64,000 nt of DNA, from the IMG/VR virus record IMGVR_UViG_3300035232_000745. One strand, 5' to 3'. Positions 1 to 10,090 of this stretch are shown piece by piece. The stretch's first letter is position 1. Each line of letters starts with the position of its first letter. The notes beneath the pieces were generated by a model. It saw only the letters and a program-made list of their open reading frames with translations. It had not been told where the DNA came from and made no database searches. Both the position numbers and the translations under genes were made by a program. The stretch comes from a virus.

Positions 1-1738
1 GAGGTTCAACATCAAGTCTATTAAAGTTTGAAAGCTGTGTAGAGTCACGAAGATATGGAGAACGTCTTAGTAGAGCACCCGGTCTGTAAGCGATAGCAAA
101 ACCACCTTCAGGTTGGTCAAAGTTATCTACCTCAAAGTTCATATAAGAGAAACCTTGGACGTAACAACCAGATCCAACTAAGATACCGTTTGTTCTTTCC
201 CAACCTGGCTTTTTCTGAATTACAGTAGCGTACTGACCAGCAGTTGATGTCATAGAACAATCATCTGGCAACATGACAGGCTCATCTACATAATAAGTAC
301 CTGGACCTACTGAAATGTGAACTGCATCATTAATTGCGTTACGATCATAAGATCCGCCAGCTTTTTCTAAAGCAATTTTCTCAGCACGTTTTAATGTACG
401 AACTGGTTGTAGAATTGTACCAGGATAATCATCGTTACCGTCCGAAGCAACATGTACTTTAAGAGATTTTTCTGTTTTCTTTGAGAATTCGTTGTAAAGT
501 TGACGATAAGTCATTTTCTCTGTATCGCCAGTTTTGACGTTCTTTAGAGCAAAGTAACTATCTTCATCAAGCATAGGCTCGAATGTTCTGGTAATATCCA
601 TATCAAAATCAACAAGAGTGCTTTCCTCGATTGATGAATTAGATACAGTACCATCTTTAAATTCTGAATTTTCAATAACTGATTTTTGTTGACCAAGTCC
701 TTCAGTTGATGAACTTGTGATTGTCATATTCTGAGCAGTTACATTATCAAGTGTACCTTGGAATGATGAGTTGGTAATAACGTTATTAGCAAGTGTACCA
801 TCTTGAATAGTAGTATTGGTAAAGATGTTATTGTTACCAGTTCCATCAGAGAAGTCTGAGTTTGTAATGTTAACATTGTTAGCAGTACTATCATTAAGTG
901 CAGAACTTGATATGATTGAAGATGTCATTACAATGTTATTTGCAGTCGTGTCAATAATAGTTGAGTTGCTTACAGTTGTATCCCAAATTTGACCATTTGA
1001 AAAACGAGAGTTTGTAATATCAACATTATCTAAGTCTGTGTCACGAATGTCGCCATTAGAGAAATTAGCGTCAACGATAGTTGTATTACCAGAAATTGCT
1101 GTGTCACGAATTGTACCATTACTAAAGTCAGTAGTAATGATTACTGAGTTTGACATCAACGCGTCTTCAAGAACGATTTCGTCGATGATAACATTCGTAA
1201 GAGTTAGATTATTAGCAGTACCACCTTCAATTGCAACATTCGCAAAATCAGAGTTATCGATACGTGAATTTGTAAATACGTTATTATTGCCTGTTCCATT
1301 AGAGAAATCAGAGTTATCAATTAACATATTGTTGGCATCACTATCAAGGATGTCTGAGTCAATTAAAGTAGTGTTGGTAAAGATGTTATTGTTACCAGTA
1401 CCATCAGAGAAATCTGAGCTCGTAATAGTAAGATTATTTGCTGTAGAATTAATAATAGATACAGAGCTTAGTGCTGAACCTGTAATCGTTCCGTTATTAT
1501 ATGCTGAGTCATTGATAATAACTGTGTTAAGAGTAGAAGAAGACATCGTAACGTTTGATATCGTCCCGCCAGTAATAGTTATTCTATTGAATATTTCATA
1601 CTGAAGAGCTTGGACCATCTCTTTTCGTGTGATGTTTTTCGTTCCGTCATCACCTTGGATCAAGTTAACAATGACAAACAAGTCCTCGGATCTTGTATTA
1701 GCGCCTTTTATCGGACCTAGTTCTGAAATCAACGACAT
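1..1738 (-). CDS. Large virion structural protein / tail spike-like beta-helix protein (partial, runs off left edge; missing from ORF track)
   Basis: Open frame read manually from ATG at 1738 (MSLISELGPIKGANTRSEDLFVIVN...). It has Ser/Asn/Thr-rich S(D/R)FS(N/D)G repeats followed by a VASDGNDDYPGTILQPVRTLKRA...GPGTY motif typical of parallel beta-helix N-caps. A TATAAATA late promoter lies upstream. Confidence 0.75.
   Translation of the reverse strand, partial: MSLISELGPIKGANTRSEDLFVIVNLIQGDDGTKNITRKEMVQALQYEIFNRITITGGTISNVTMSSSTLNTVIINDSAYNNGTITGSALSSVSIINSTANNLTITSSDFSDGTGNNNIFTNTTLIDSDILDSDANNMLIDNSDFSNGTGNNNVFTNSRIDNSDFANVAIEGGTANNLTLTNVIIDEIVLEDALMSNSVIITTDFSNGTIRDTAISGNTTIVDANFSNGDIRDTDLDNVDITNSRFSNGQIWDTTVSNSTIIDTTANNIVMTSSIISSSALNDSTANNVNITNSDFSDGTGNNNIFTNTTIQDGTLANNVITNSSFQGTLDNVTAQNMTITSSSTEGLGQQKSVIENSEFKDGTVSNSSIEESTLVDFDMDITRTFEPMLDEDSYFALKNVKTGDTEKMTYRQLYNEFSKKTEKSLKVHVASDGNDDYPGTILQPVRTLKRAEKIALEKAGGSYDRNAINDAVHISVGPGTYYVDEPVMLPDDCSMTSTAGQYATVIQKKPGWERTNGILVGSGCYVQGFSYMNFEVDNFDQPEGGFAIAYRPGALLRRSPYLRDSTQLSNFNRLDVEP
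810..1418. repeat. Intragenic direct repeat, 51 bp (810-860 and 1368-1418, 3 mismatches), with a weaker third copy near 1271-1313
   Basis: Both copies encode SDFSDGTGNNNIFTNTT; the third encodes SDFSNGTGNNNVFTN. Confidence 0.85.
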
Positions 1739-1769
1739 TCTCGAGTACCTTTTTAAATCTAATTTCTTT

Positions 1770-1777
1770 TATTTATA
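1770..1777 (-). promoter_or_regulatory. T4-type late promoter TATAAATA
   Basis: Exact consensus about 30 nt upstream of the 1738 start. Confidence 0.8.
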
Positions 1778-1795
1778 TAAATCTGGCTGAGGATG

Positions 1796-2410
1796 TTAGT
1801 CCTGGTGAACAATAAAATAGCCTTGATCTTTGTTTACTTTCTTAGCAAACCCAGTTGAGACACCAGCTTCTACCGCAATATTATAGATTTCTTTAGGACC
1901 GTTCCAGTCTTCATATTCGCCTATAACTTCTCTTTGATCTTCTTTTATTTTATTGCCAGATTTGTCATAATAATCAATTTTGTAACAGCGATCTCGCGAA
2001 CTTCTTATGTAGTGTTTAGTTCCTAAAACTTCATTAGTTTTAGTGTTAATATAATAACCTAAATTTTCATGCCAATCTTCTACATCATCTGTAGCTTCTA
2101 TTCCAGTAGGGATATTTTGTGGTTGGTTTTTATAAACTCTTAATGATTCTGTATCAATACTTTCTAAGTCTACACACATAAATGCAACGTTAATTCTATA
2201 AGCTGCTTTATACCAATCTGCTCCGAGATCATAATTAATTAGTTCTTCAAACTTTTCTCTATATTCATCACCTCTGTAATGCATGATAAGAGCAGCAGTA
2301 AATGAATTTTCTCTTCTTGTAAAAACAAGAGAATGTATCATATTATTCGGAACAATATCTAAAGCTCTATCTAAAGATGGATAAAAGCCTTTGAATTTTT
2401 TCATATCCAT
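1796..2410 (-). CDS. Hypothetical protein
   Basis: 204-aa ORF with GGA SD, in the tail-fibre operon. Confidence 0.75.
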   Translation of the reverse strand: MDMKKFKGFYPSLDRALDIVPNNMIHSLVFTRRENSFTAALIMHYRGDEYREKFEELINYDLGADWYKAAYRINVAFMCVDLESIDTESLRVYKNQPQNIPTGIEATDDVEDWHENLGYYINTKTNEVLGTKHYIRSSRDRCYKIDYYDKSGNKIKEDQREVIGEYEDWNGPKEIYNIAVEAGVSTGFAKKVNKDQGYFIVHQD

Positions 2411-2420
2411 ATCTTATTCC

Positions 2421-3341
2421 TCAAAATACTTTTGTAGTAGTGATATCACCACTATTTGTTAATACAATTTCAAAAACGTGATTTTTTATTCTAAGCGCTT
2501 CAGTTCCAGTCGCTTCTTCTGGAGCGATTACGCCGTCAGCGTTGTTACCTGTTCCTACAAATTGAGGCAACTCATCACTATTAATTCTATATAAAACTGC
2601 TCCAGGATTTCCGTCTCCACCCGCATAGTTTCCACCTGTACCGTTTTGACCACCGCCTCCGATCATTACATAATACTTTACGCCAGCAACTAAATCTAAA
2701 CTTATAGTAATGTTACTACCCTGATTTCCTCCAGTACCGGCTTCACCAGGACTATCGTTGTTATAACCAAGATACGATCCAGAACCGTTATCTCCACCAG
2801 CTCCGCCACCTCCTGAGCCCCAATGTCCCCAAGGTGCATCTCCACCTATATTATTAACAACACCGCCTGCACCACCTTCTCCGAATTCTGTACCTCCACC
2901 TGCAAAACCAGCAGAAGTTCCGTTACTGTTTGCTATAAATCCTCCAGCTCCGCCTGTCGCAATTGCCGCAGCAAGATAATTTCCAGAAGGAACATTTACA
3001 GTTCCTATATTACCATTTGTCACGTATAGATTATATGTTGCTTCTGACATAATACCAGAGCTTCGACCTTGATTGGTTCTTCCAGATCCAGAACCATCTG
3101 CAAAGCCGTTACCTCCACCGCCTCCACCACCGTATGCTAATATTGCAAACTGAACTGAGGCTCTTGCACTATAAAAATCTCCTACCGATATTTCACCGTT
3201 TGTAGGAATGTTTTGATTATACGAGTTGTTAGATACATTATCACCACCACGATAATATTCGTTTAAACTATGAGGTTCGGTACCTCCAAATTCATCAACA
3301 ATATCTTGTATCGATAAAGTGCCAGAAGCCTTGATAGCCAT
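2421..3341 (-). CDS. Glycine-rich tail fibre tip/adhesin-like protein
   Basis: N-terminal MAIKASGTLSIQDIVDEFGG..HSLNEYYRGG motif of phage fibre-tip proteins, many polyglycine (GGGGG, GAGG) segments, directly after a fibre gene. Confidence 0.65.
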   Translation of the reverse strand: MAIKASGTLSIQDIVDEFGGTEPHSLNEYYRGGDNVSNNSYNQNIPTNGEISVGDFYSARASVQFAILAYGGGGGGGNGFADGSGSGRTNQGRSSGIMSEATYNLYVTNGNIGTVNVPSGNYLAAAIATGGAGGFIANSNGTSAGFAGGGTEFGEGGAGGVVNNIGGDAPWGHWGSGGGGAGGDNGSGSYLGYNNDSPGEAGTGGNQGSNITISLDLVAGVKYYVMIGGGGQNGTGGNYAGGDGNPGAVLYRINSDELPQFVGTGNNADGVIAPEEATGTEALRIKNHVFEIVLTNSGDITTTKVF

Positions 3342-3342
3342 A

Positions 3343-4542
3343 TTATTTGCCTACTTTTTCAGTTAATTCCTTAATGGCTTCGATTAGTAGACCAACCAGA
3401 TTTCCGTGCCTTACAGCATAAACTGTTTCTTTTGTATTTGGGTCTTCTATTTCGTAGACAATACCTGGAACAACATCTTTAATTTCTTGAGCCATAACAC
3501 CGCTCATTTGTGTATCATCACCTTTATAATTAAACAAGTAGCCGCCTAATTGTTGTACTTTTTCTAAAGCATTATCAATTGGTGTAATGTTTTCTTTCAT
3601 TGTGATATCTGATACAGTGCCATAAGCAGTAATATTACCAGTTGCAACAACAGAACCATTAACACTAACGCCACCGAATGTAACATCTGAAGTTGTAGCT
3701 ACTGTTTGACCAATAGAAAATTCTCCTGTAGATGAGTCGTAAGACATACCAGTTCCTGCTGAAAGCGAGGATCTAGCTCTAGTATCAGTATACCATAAAT
3801 TTGTTGGTCCACCTAAATTGTCAGGCTTTTCAGCTAGCGCGTCTGTATAATGGTTTGTTAAACTTGATACAGTACCTTGAACGTTACCTGTAAATTGAGC
3901 TACACCAGCAGCAGTACCATTTCCGTTTTCGAATACTTTAGTCGAACCGTTTGAAGCGTAAATATCACCAACATGATCACCAGTAAATGTTCCGCCAGTT
4001 GCAGTAACAAATGATATAGTATTTGCACTTACATTTCCTGTAAAAGTACCGTCAAGATCAATATCTCCTGTTATATTTGTACTTCCTGATACGTTTAAAT
4101 TAATAATATCTAAGGTACCTGCAGTCGATAATTTAAATTTAACATCACCAGAACCAGTATCGATAACGAAATCACCGTCACTAGAGTTATTAATGCCCAT
4201 ATCCCAAGATAATGTTCCATCTGTATATCTAGTTTGTGCTCCAGTATTAAAATTAAATATAGCAACTTGTTTAGAACTACCGTTTATTTTTATTGGTGAG
4301 TTTAGATCAATTCTGTTATTGCTAGAAAAAGATTCAATAGTATCTGATTTTAACAATGTATCGGCAAATATATTATTTGCTGTAAAGTCACCGGCTAATG
4401 AAGCATCTCCAGTTGTAGAATCTCCTAACGCTGTTGCTGTTATAACGGATGATCGCATAAGATCTACCATCTCGTTGGTTTTATCAAACCAATTTTGAAA
4501 TGTTTGTGTAGTGGTAATGTTTTGAATATTAGGTTTTGCCAT
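3343..4542 (-). CDS. Tail fibre protein with C-terminal intramolecular chaperone (peptidase S74) domain
   Basis: SDITMKENITPIDNALEKVQQLGG..F...GVMAQE...LLIEAIKEL is the S74 autocleavage chaperone signature. Confidence 0.85.
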   Translation of the reverse strand: MAKPNIQNITTTQTFQNWFDKTNEMVDLMRSSVITATALGDSTTGDASLAGDFTANNIFADTLLKSDTIESFSSNNRIDLNSPIKINGSSKQVAIFNFNTGAQTRYTDGTLSWDMGINNSSDGDFVIDTGSGDVKFKLSTAGTLDIINLNVSGSTNITGDIDLDGTFTGNVSANTISFVTATGGTFTGDHVGDIYASNGSTKVFENGNGTAAGVAQFTGNVQGTVSSLTNHYTDALAEKPDNLGGPTNLWYTDTRARSSLSAGTGMSYDSSTGEFSIGQTVATTSDVTFGGVSVNGSVVATGNITAYGTVSDITMKENITPIDNALEKVQQLGGYLFNYKGDDTQMSGVMAQEIKDVVPGIVYEIEDPNTKETVYAVRHGNLVGLLIEAIKELTEKVGK

Positions 4543-4544
4543 CT

Positions 4545-4730
4545 CTACTTCTCTATCTTATCTAGTCTATCTGTAACTTGTAATAATAGACTTTTAATAT
4601 CATCAATTTCTTTGCTTAGGTTATTTACTTTTCTATGCAATGCTCGTTCTTGCTTATATTTATTTAAAGCCGCGGCATCGGTATTTAAAATTGCTCGCGT
4701 TTTGTCCCTAATTAACCCCTGATTTATCAT
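4545..4730 (-). CDS. Small coiled-coil virion-associated protein
   Basis: 61-aa ORF coupled to neighbours, heptad pattern. Confidence 0.7.
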   Translation of the reverse strand: MINQGLIRDKTRAILNTDAAALNKYKQERALHRKVNNLSKEIDDIKSLLLQVTDRLDKIEK

Positions 4731-7700
4731 GTCAAAGCTAACGCTCTCATATCCCTAAGAGTTGGTACTTTTGCAATATCTGGTGAAAGCATATCTATAC
4801 GTATAGCAAACTTTCTATATCCTAAGAAAGTTCCACCTGTACTTGTATATTCTATAACTCCGCCATTTTGATTTGCAGCTTTAACTCTATATTTGATTTC
4901 TCTATAATCTTGTAAATTAAGATCTGAGCTAAATGAACTTCCACCTTCAAATGCTTCTAACTCCATCCAAGGTATACTTGCAAATGATGCTGAGTCATAT
5001 ACATTCTGCGGTTTAATATAAACTTTAATATCAGAACCAGATGGTTTATACGCAGTTATAACAACTTCCATATCTTCAGCGTCTAAGTCTTCTGCCAATT
5101 CAATTGTTTTACTAATATATTTAGAAGTAGTATCAGCAGTATTTGTAACTCTATATTGATATGCAAGTAAAGAAGATGTTTCTAAATCAATAACGGGCGA
5201 AGTAGTTTCAGAAGATCCGTTTGCCATATCTACCACAATTTCAAATGGTTTCGATAAAGCGATATCGTTTGATCTTGAAAATACTGTAACACCCTTCTTA
5301 TTAAAAGTGTTCTTAGCACCAAATTGCATTGGCAACGCATAACTAGTTGAAGTATTAGCAGGGTCAGTTACAACACTGCGTAATCCTGTGCTAGTGGTAG
5401 AATCATTTGTTTTCATAATTAAAGGCTGCACATAACTTAGATTAATATTATCTACTGAACCGATCGTTCCTTCTATCGTACTTCTTAAACCTGTAATAGT
5501 TTGACCAGCTAAGAACTTTTTAGAATTAGTAGCAGAACTTTTTACAAGATGCATTATACTTCTTTCTAAAGGATTATAATGCGATATAGTACCAGCTATG
5601 ATAGGTGTACCTACAGTACCAGCTCCAGCTTGATAAGATATTTTCTTAGTCGCAGTCATTTCTGTTGAACTATCAACACTTGCGATTTCAAATATTTCTT
5701 TATTTACTCCAGAAGTGATAAGAATTCTATCACCAGCTGCGTAAGTATCTCCTAAAGCTGTACCACTTATAACATTAGTTCCTGAAATCATTGTTACAGA
5801 TGCGCTTGTCGAACCTGAAAGAGCAAGAGCAGTATATACTTCTTCTCCATCACTAAATCTTCCAGTCCAATCAGATAACGTAAAGAATTCATGATCGTCA
5901 TTAGTCATAGTAACTGCACCGGTTGCAGAGTTAAATTTATGTCTATAAATCGTGAACTTAAGATCTTCGTCTTGGTAAGATTTCCAAGCCATGTTATTTG
6001 TTGATGAGAATAGAACTCCATCACCCCAGTCTTGAACAACAGCTTGTCCTTGCGTTGCACCAGGCGTTAAGTCCGTACCACCAACTTTTGATGTAAATGT
6101 TAGATAGTTTGGATCGTTAGCATCTGGCATGATAACAATAGCGTATTCTTTTTCTATATCTAATCTTACAGGCGCATCGAAATCTATGGTTGTTACTGCG
6201 CTAGCATCATCTGAAACATTAACTGCACTTGCTTGTAAATGTATTTTAGAGAAAGGTAAGATTGCAGATGATGGATAACCGTTTACTACTTCTCTTAACA
6301 TTACAGTAATGCCGTTAACTTCAGATTTACGCTTAAAGTATAAATCAAGCTTTGAAGCAAAGATTGAGTTTGCTCCTCTACCCATACCGCTTTTAACAAA
6401 GAACGTTTGAGCTAAAGGATCGATATTAAATGGTCGACCAGCAACGCTTCTCGTAGTTACAGTCGATGTAATATCGAATTCTGGTACTCTAGTAGAAGTT
6501 GTTAAACTGCTTTTTTCTATAGAGATATTATAAGCGTGATAATCCATAGATGCGCGAGAAGTAGATGCAGATTTAATATCACCGAATGTACTACTATCTG
6601 CAACAGTCAGTGTTCTTTCTCCTACGAAGAATGTATTGCCTGGTAATTCGAATACCGCTCTTAAGATACCATTTGAATCTGTACTAATTTCAGTACTGGA
6701 CAAGGCACCGAACGGTTGAACATCACGTGCTGTTGTAGAGTCAGGATCGCCTGCTCTTACTTTATCAGTAACTGCAACACCGTCAAAATAGAAATAATGC
6801 GGTGTGTCTGGTCTTAAACCAGCAATAAATATTTTAATATCTCTTGCTCTCATGAATGGTGAGAATTGGAAATCTGATACAAAGTCACCTACTGTATTGT
6901 TAACTGGAACAGAATTAGGATCAATACCTAAAGTATTAGTTGTATCTGTAAAATCAGTTACTGTCTGCCAAGTACGACCTCCAAGATGGCTCGTAACTGA
7001 ACCGGTATTTACGGCTGTAGTTTGAGTCAAAGGAATAAATGTTTGTAAATTTTCTATAAAGTCTGTGAATGGTGTTACTAAATCTATATCAAGAGTAACT
7101 GGATTCGATGTAGTATCGTGTGCCATATCGTGGCTAGGTGATAATTGACCAGTTCCGTTATAAGACCAATAGTTACTTACTAAGTTTCTAAAGTTGGTAC
7201 CGTATGGTTGCCCAACGATTTTTGCATGATCATTTCTGCCTAATGTAGCTATCTCGGCATCAGAAGTTGATGGGAAGATACTAGATCCTGTTGCTGATTT
7301 ATATTTTAAATCCAGAGGGAATGTAGTTAAACTTGGAGATAAAATGCTGTCATCTTTTTGAATAGCAGCAGAGAATGTTGCATCCTGCAAGTTAGAAATA
7401 TTTGTATCATTAAAAGGATCTACTAAGAAACCGTTTTTAAATCTTGTTAAACCGTTTTCATCAGTCACAACCATATTTTGTGTACTTTGCTCTAATTGGT
7501 TTAAACTTACATAATATTCTAGATTTTTAATGCGCTTATCAAAGCCAGAAATATCTTTCATAGTATAATTTCTGACACCAGAAGCTTTAGTCTTTACTGC
7601 GTAATAATCTTTATTTTGATCTATCGCCTCTTTGGGTGAAAGCGCAGGAAAACCAGGTACTGTTACTTGTGTTATAACTAATTGATCAGCACCGACTTTT

Positions 7701-10078
7701 GGTGGAACGGGAGATGCTGTTTCCGTACCTTTAATCGTAGCTACTTTACCAAACGAATCGATTGTAACCATGTCAATTCTTGATAGATAATGCTCTATAT
7801 CAGAAGTTAAACTTCCGTTTATTGCTGGAATTTGAAAAGTATAATCTGAGAACGTAGGTTGTTGATCTCCTACGCCGTTTGTAACTACTCCAGCCGAAGC
7901 TTCAACTGAAGCTGTATAACTTGCTCCACCATCTTTATCTCTATAAGGTCTAAAATCAACGCATTCCCTTAATCTATAAACTCTTCCGGTATCTGATGTA
8001 TAAACAGGTATTTGTGTTGAACGAACATAGCCAGAAGGAAGATTAACTGATACATCATCTACTGGATAAGAGTTAATTGCGAAGAAATATTTTCCAGTCG
8101 CATTACTTGGTTTAAATACTTTTAAATTAACAGATATCGTACCAGCTGTAGGCAAAGGTCTGCCAGGAATAACTTCTAAATATGAATGATCATAAAAGTT
8201 ATCTTTTTGGTTTGTAACCAATCTGAAGCTATCTTTGTAGTCAACGTTTGAACTATCTTCAATAGTTAAGATTTCATATACGTCTGGCAACCCAAGATTA
8301 TACTGAGTTGTGCCGTTATTCCAAATAAATTTAGTCCATGTATCGACTGATTGTTTGTTATAAGGCGTTACATTTAATTCTCTTTTATTAAAATAAAGAG
8401 TTCCAGCAGGATCTGAGTTAGCTGCGGGATCTAAATTAACCGTTAAAATCGAGTTGTTAACAGACATTGTATAACTTAAAATAGGAATAACTGTATTAGA
8501 AGCATCTACAAATACCATATCTGAGTTGTCGACACCGAAGTCTGCTCCAACGATAGGTCCTATTGTAATCACATCATTCGTTACACTTACTGAACTATCT
8601 TGTGCTCTTACAGGTAAAGAAATATCAGTTAACTCTTTTAAGCTTTTTGTTCCAGTATTAAATACTAGAGGAGATTTGTTTGTCTGTTTAAGTTTTGATC
8701 CAGCTGCAATCGTAATAACACCAGAAGTACCTACAATACGTGTGACGTCTGCAAATGTATAACTTGATACAGAGATCGAAACACCAAATAAGTATAATCT
8801 AGTAGGAGTAATGTTAGCAACAAAGGCTTGACCAATTGTTTGACCAGTAGATCTTTGTAAAGTTACAGACGAGTAGTCAACGTCTACTGTACCCTGAATT
8901 GCAGTAATGTTAACATAAGAACCGTATTCTAACGAAGTAGATTGATTTTCTTGAATTTCTGTAGTAGTAATTGGATCAATAGTAACGTCCTGGTTACCTC
9001 TGTTTTCTACTCTATATCCTTTAACGTATGCAGTACCTTTACCTACTAAAACTTTTAGATCTGTGCCTCGTCTTTCTGTAGTAGATTTAAAATCACTGAC
9101 AACATAATCACCAGATTCTTCATATGTTCTCTTAGCCATTTCTTCGCTAATAGAGTTAAACTGAGTAACATCGCGAATTGTAACCGGAAATCCGTTTTGA
9201 TAACGAATTAATGTAAAGAAGCCTGAGTCGACGTCTGCAACTGAAGTAGTTTTAACAGTAAGAGTCGGAACCATTTTAAGTCTGTCTGCACCTGGCGCGT
9301 TTTCATTGTTAGATCCGTTTGCGTTATCGAACAATGATGGATCTTGCAACGATGAAACTAAACTTTCAACGACTTCGTAACCAGCAGAAAGATCATTAGG
9401 CTGATTTGTATACTTAGAAACAATTAAAGTTTGAGCATTAGCAAATAAGAAATGACCCTTTTGAAATACAACACCATCAGCAGCTTGTATACCGTAAGAA
9501 CTCCCTGTAGCAGGTGTCAAGTTAGTAACGTTAATAGATGCTACATTAAGCGATGTTTCGATTAATAATGAACCGTTATAACGATATTTGTTAATTGTTA
9601 GATTTTCACCGTCAATAAACTGTGAGTTTCCAGCAGTTGTATTAAGATAGTTAATATAGAATGTATTAAGATCTGGAGGACGTGTTTCAAAACCGCGGGA
9701 TGCCGTAATGATCGATGCCTTTAGACCAGAATTTTCACCAACGATTTCGTATTTTGTATCAACAGAAACAGTTACACCACTAACCAACTCATCTGCTATT
9801 CCTCCGATATAACTTTCAGGATCAAACCCAGTTTTATCAGTTAACTTTACGAATTCTAAATCATCAAGAGTAGTAAAGTTACAACCTTTAACAATACTAC
9901 CTTCTTTATAGATGTTATCTCCAAATTGTTCAACTTGATTTTGAAGTATCGTCTGAAGTTGGGTAAGCTCTCTAGCTTGAACCGCGTACGCAGGCTTAAA
10001 CAAGATTTTATAAAATTGCTTTTCAAGATTAAAATCATCGAAGTAGGGAGCAATATTTAGATTGGTGTTAATAGGCAT
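4727..10078 (-). CDS. Large virion structural protein, VrlC/DUF4815-like
   Basis: N-terminal NLNIAPYFDDF..FYKILFKPAYAVQARELTQLQTILQNQVE and internal RFKNGFLVDPF, DPLAQTF motifs seen in marine T4-like phages. Confidence 0.85.
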   Translation of the reverse strand: MPINTNLNIAPYFDDFNLEKQFYKILFKPAYAVQARELTQLQTILQNQVEQFGDNIYKEGSIVKGCNFTTLDDLEFVKLTDKTGFDPESYIGGIADELVSGVTVSVDTKYEIVGENSGLKASIITASRGFETRPPDLNTFYINYLNTTAGNSQFIDGENLTINKYRYNGSLLIETSLNVASINVTNLTPATGSSYGIQAADGVVFQKGHFLFANAQTLIVSKYTNQPNDLSAGYEVVESLVSSLQDPSLFDNANGSNNENAPGADRLKMVPTLTVKTTSVADVDSGFFTLIRYQNGFPVTIRDVTQFNSISEEMAKRTYEESGDYVVSDFKSTTERRGTDLKVLVGKGTAYVKGYRVENRGNQDVTIDPITTTEIQENQSTSLEYGSYVNITAIQGTVDVDYSSVTLQRSTGQTIGQAFVANITPTRLYLFGVSISVSSYTFADVTRIVGTSGVITIAAGSKLKQTNKSPLVFNTGTKSLKELTDISLPVRAQDSSVSVTNDVITIGPIVGADFGVDNSDMVFVDASNTVIPILSYTMSVNNSILTVNLDPAANSDPAGTLYFNKRELNVTPYNKQSVDTWTKFIWNNGTTQYNLGLPDVYEILTIEDSSNVDYKDSFRLVTNQKDNFYDHSYLEVIPGRPLPTAGTISVNLKVFKPSNATGKYFFAINSYPVDDVSVNLPSGYVRSTQIPVYTSDTGRVYRLRECVDFRPYRDKDGGASYTASVEASAGVVTNGVGDQQPTFSDYTFQIPAINGSLTSDIEHYLSRIDMVTIDSFGKVATIKGTETASPVPPKVGADQLVITQVTVPGFPALSPKEAIDQNKDYYAVKTKASGVRNYTMKDISGFDKRIKNLEYYVSLNQLEQSTQNMVVTDENGLTRFKNGFLVDPFNDTNISNLQDATFSAAIQKDDSILSPSLTTFPLDLKYKSATGSSIFPSTSDAEIATLGRNDHAKIVGQPYGTNFRNLVSNYWSYNGTGQLSPSHDMAHDTTSNPVTLDIDLVTPFTDFIENLQTFIPLTQTTAVNTGSVTSHLGGRTWQTVTDFTDTTNTLGIDPNSVPVNNTVGDFVSDFQFSPFMRARDIKIFIAGLRPDTPHYFYFDGVAVTDKVRAGDPDSTTARDVQPFGALSSTEISTDSNGILRAVFELPGNTFFVGERTLTVADSSTFGDIKSASTSRASMDYHAYNISIEKSSLTTSTRVPEFDITSTVTTRSVAGRPFNIDPLAQTFFVKSGMGRGANSIFASKLDLYFKRKSEVNGITVMLREVVNGYPSSAILPFSKIHLQASAVNVSDDASAVTTIDFDAPVRLDIEKEYAIVIMPDANDPNYLTFTSKVGGTDLTPGATQGQAVVQDWGDGVLFSSTNNMAWKSYQDEDLKFTIYRHKFNSATGAVTMTNDDHEFFTLSDWTGRFSDGEEVYTALALSGSTSASVTMISGTNVISGTALGDTYAAGDRILITSGVNKEIFEIASVDSSTEMTATKKISYQAGAGTVGTPIIAGTISHYNPLERSIMHLVKSSATNSKKFLAGQTITGLRSTIEGTIGSVDNINLSYVQPLIMKTNDSTTSTGLRSVVTDPANTSTSYALPMQFGAKNTFNKKGVTVFSRSNDIALSKPFEIVVDMANGSSETTSPVIDLETSSLLAYQYRVTNTADTTSKYISKTIELAEDLDAEDMEVVITAYKPSGSDIKVYIKPQNVYDSASFASIPWMELEAFEGGSSFSSDLNLQDYREIKYRVKAANQNGGVIEYTSTGGTFLGYRKFAIRIDMLSPDIAKVPTLRDMRALALT

Positions 10079-10090
10079 CTATTGTTTTCC

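Noticed and set aside
810-1418. DGR template/variable repeat or CRISPR-like repeat
   Set aside because: The copies are in frame in one gene with synonymous differences; no reverse transcriptase or spacer array seen
1038-1604. 188-aa + strand ORF
   Set aside because: Antisense shadow of the repeat-rich minus-strand structural gene 1-1738
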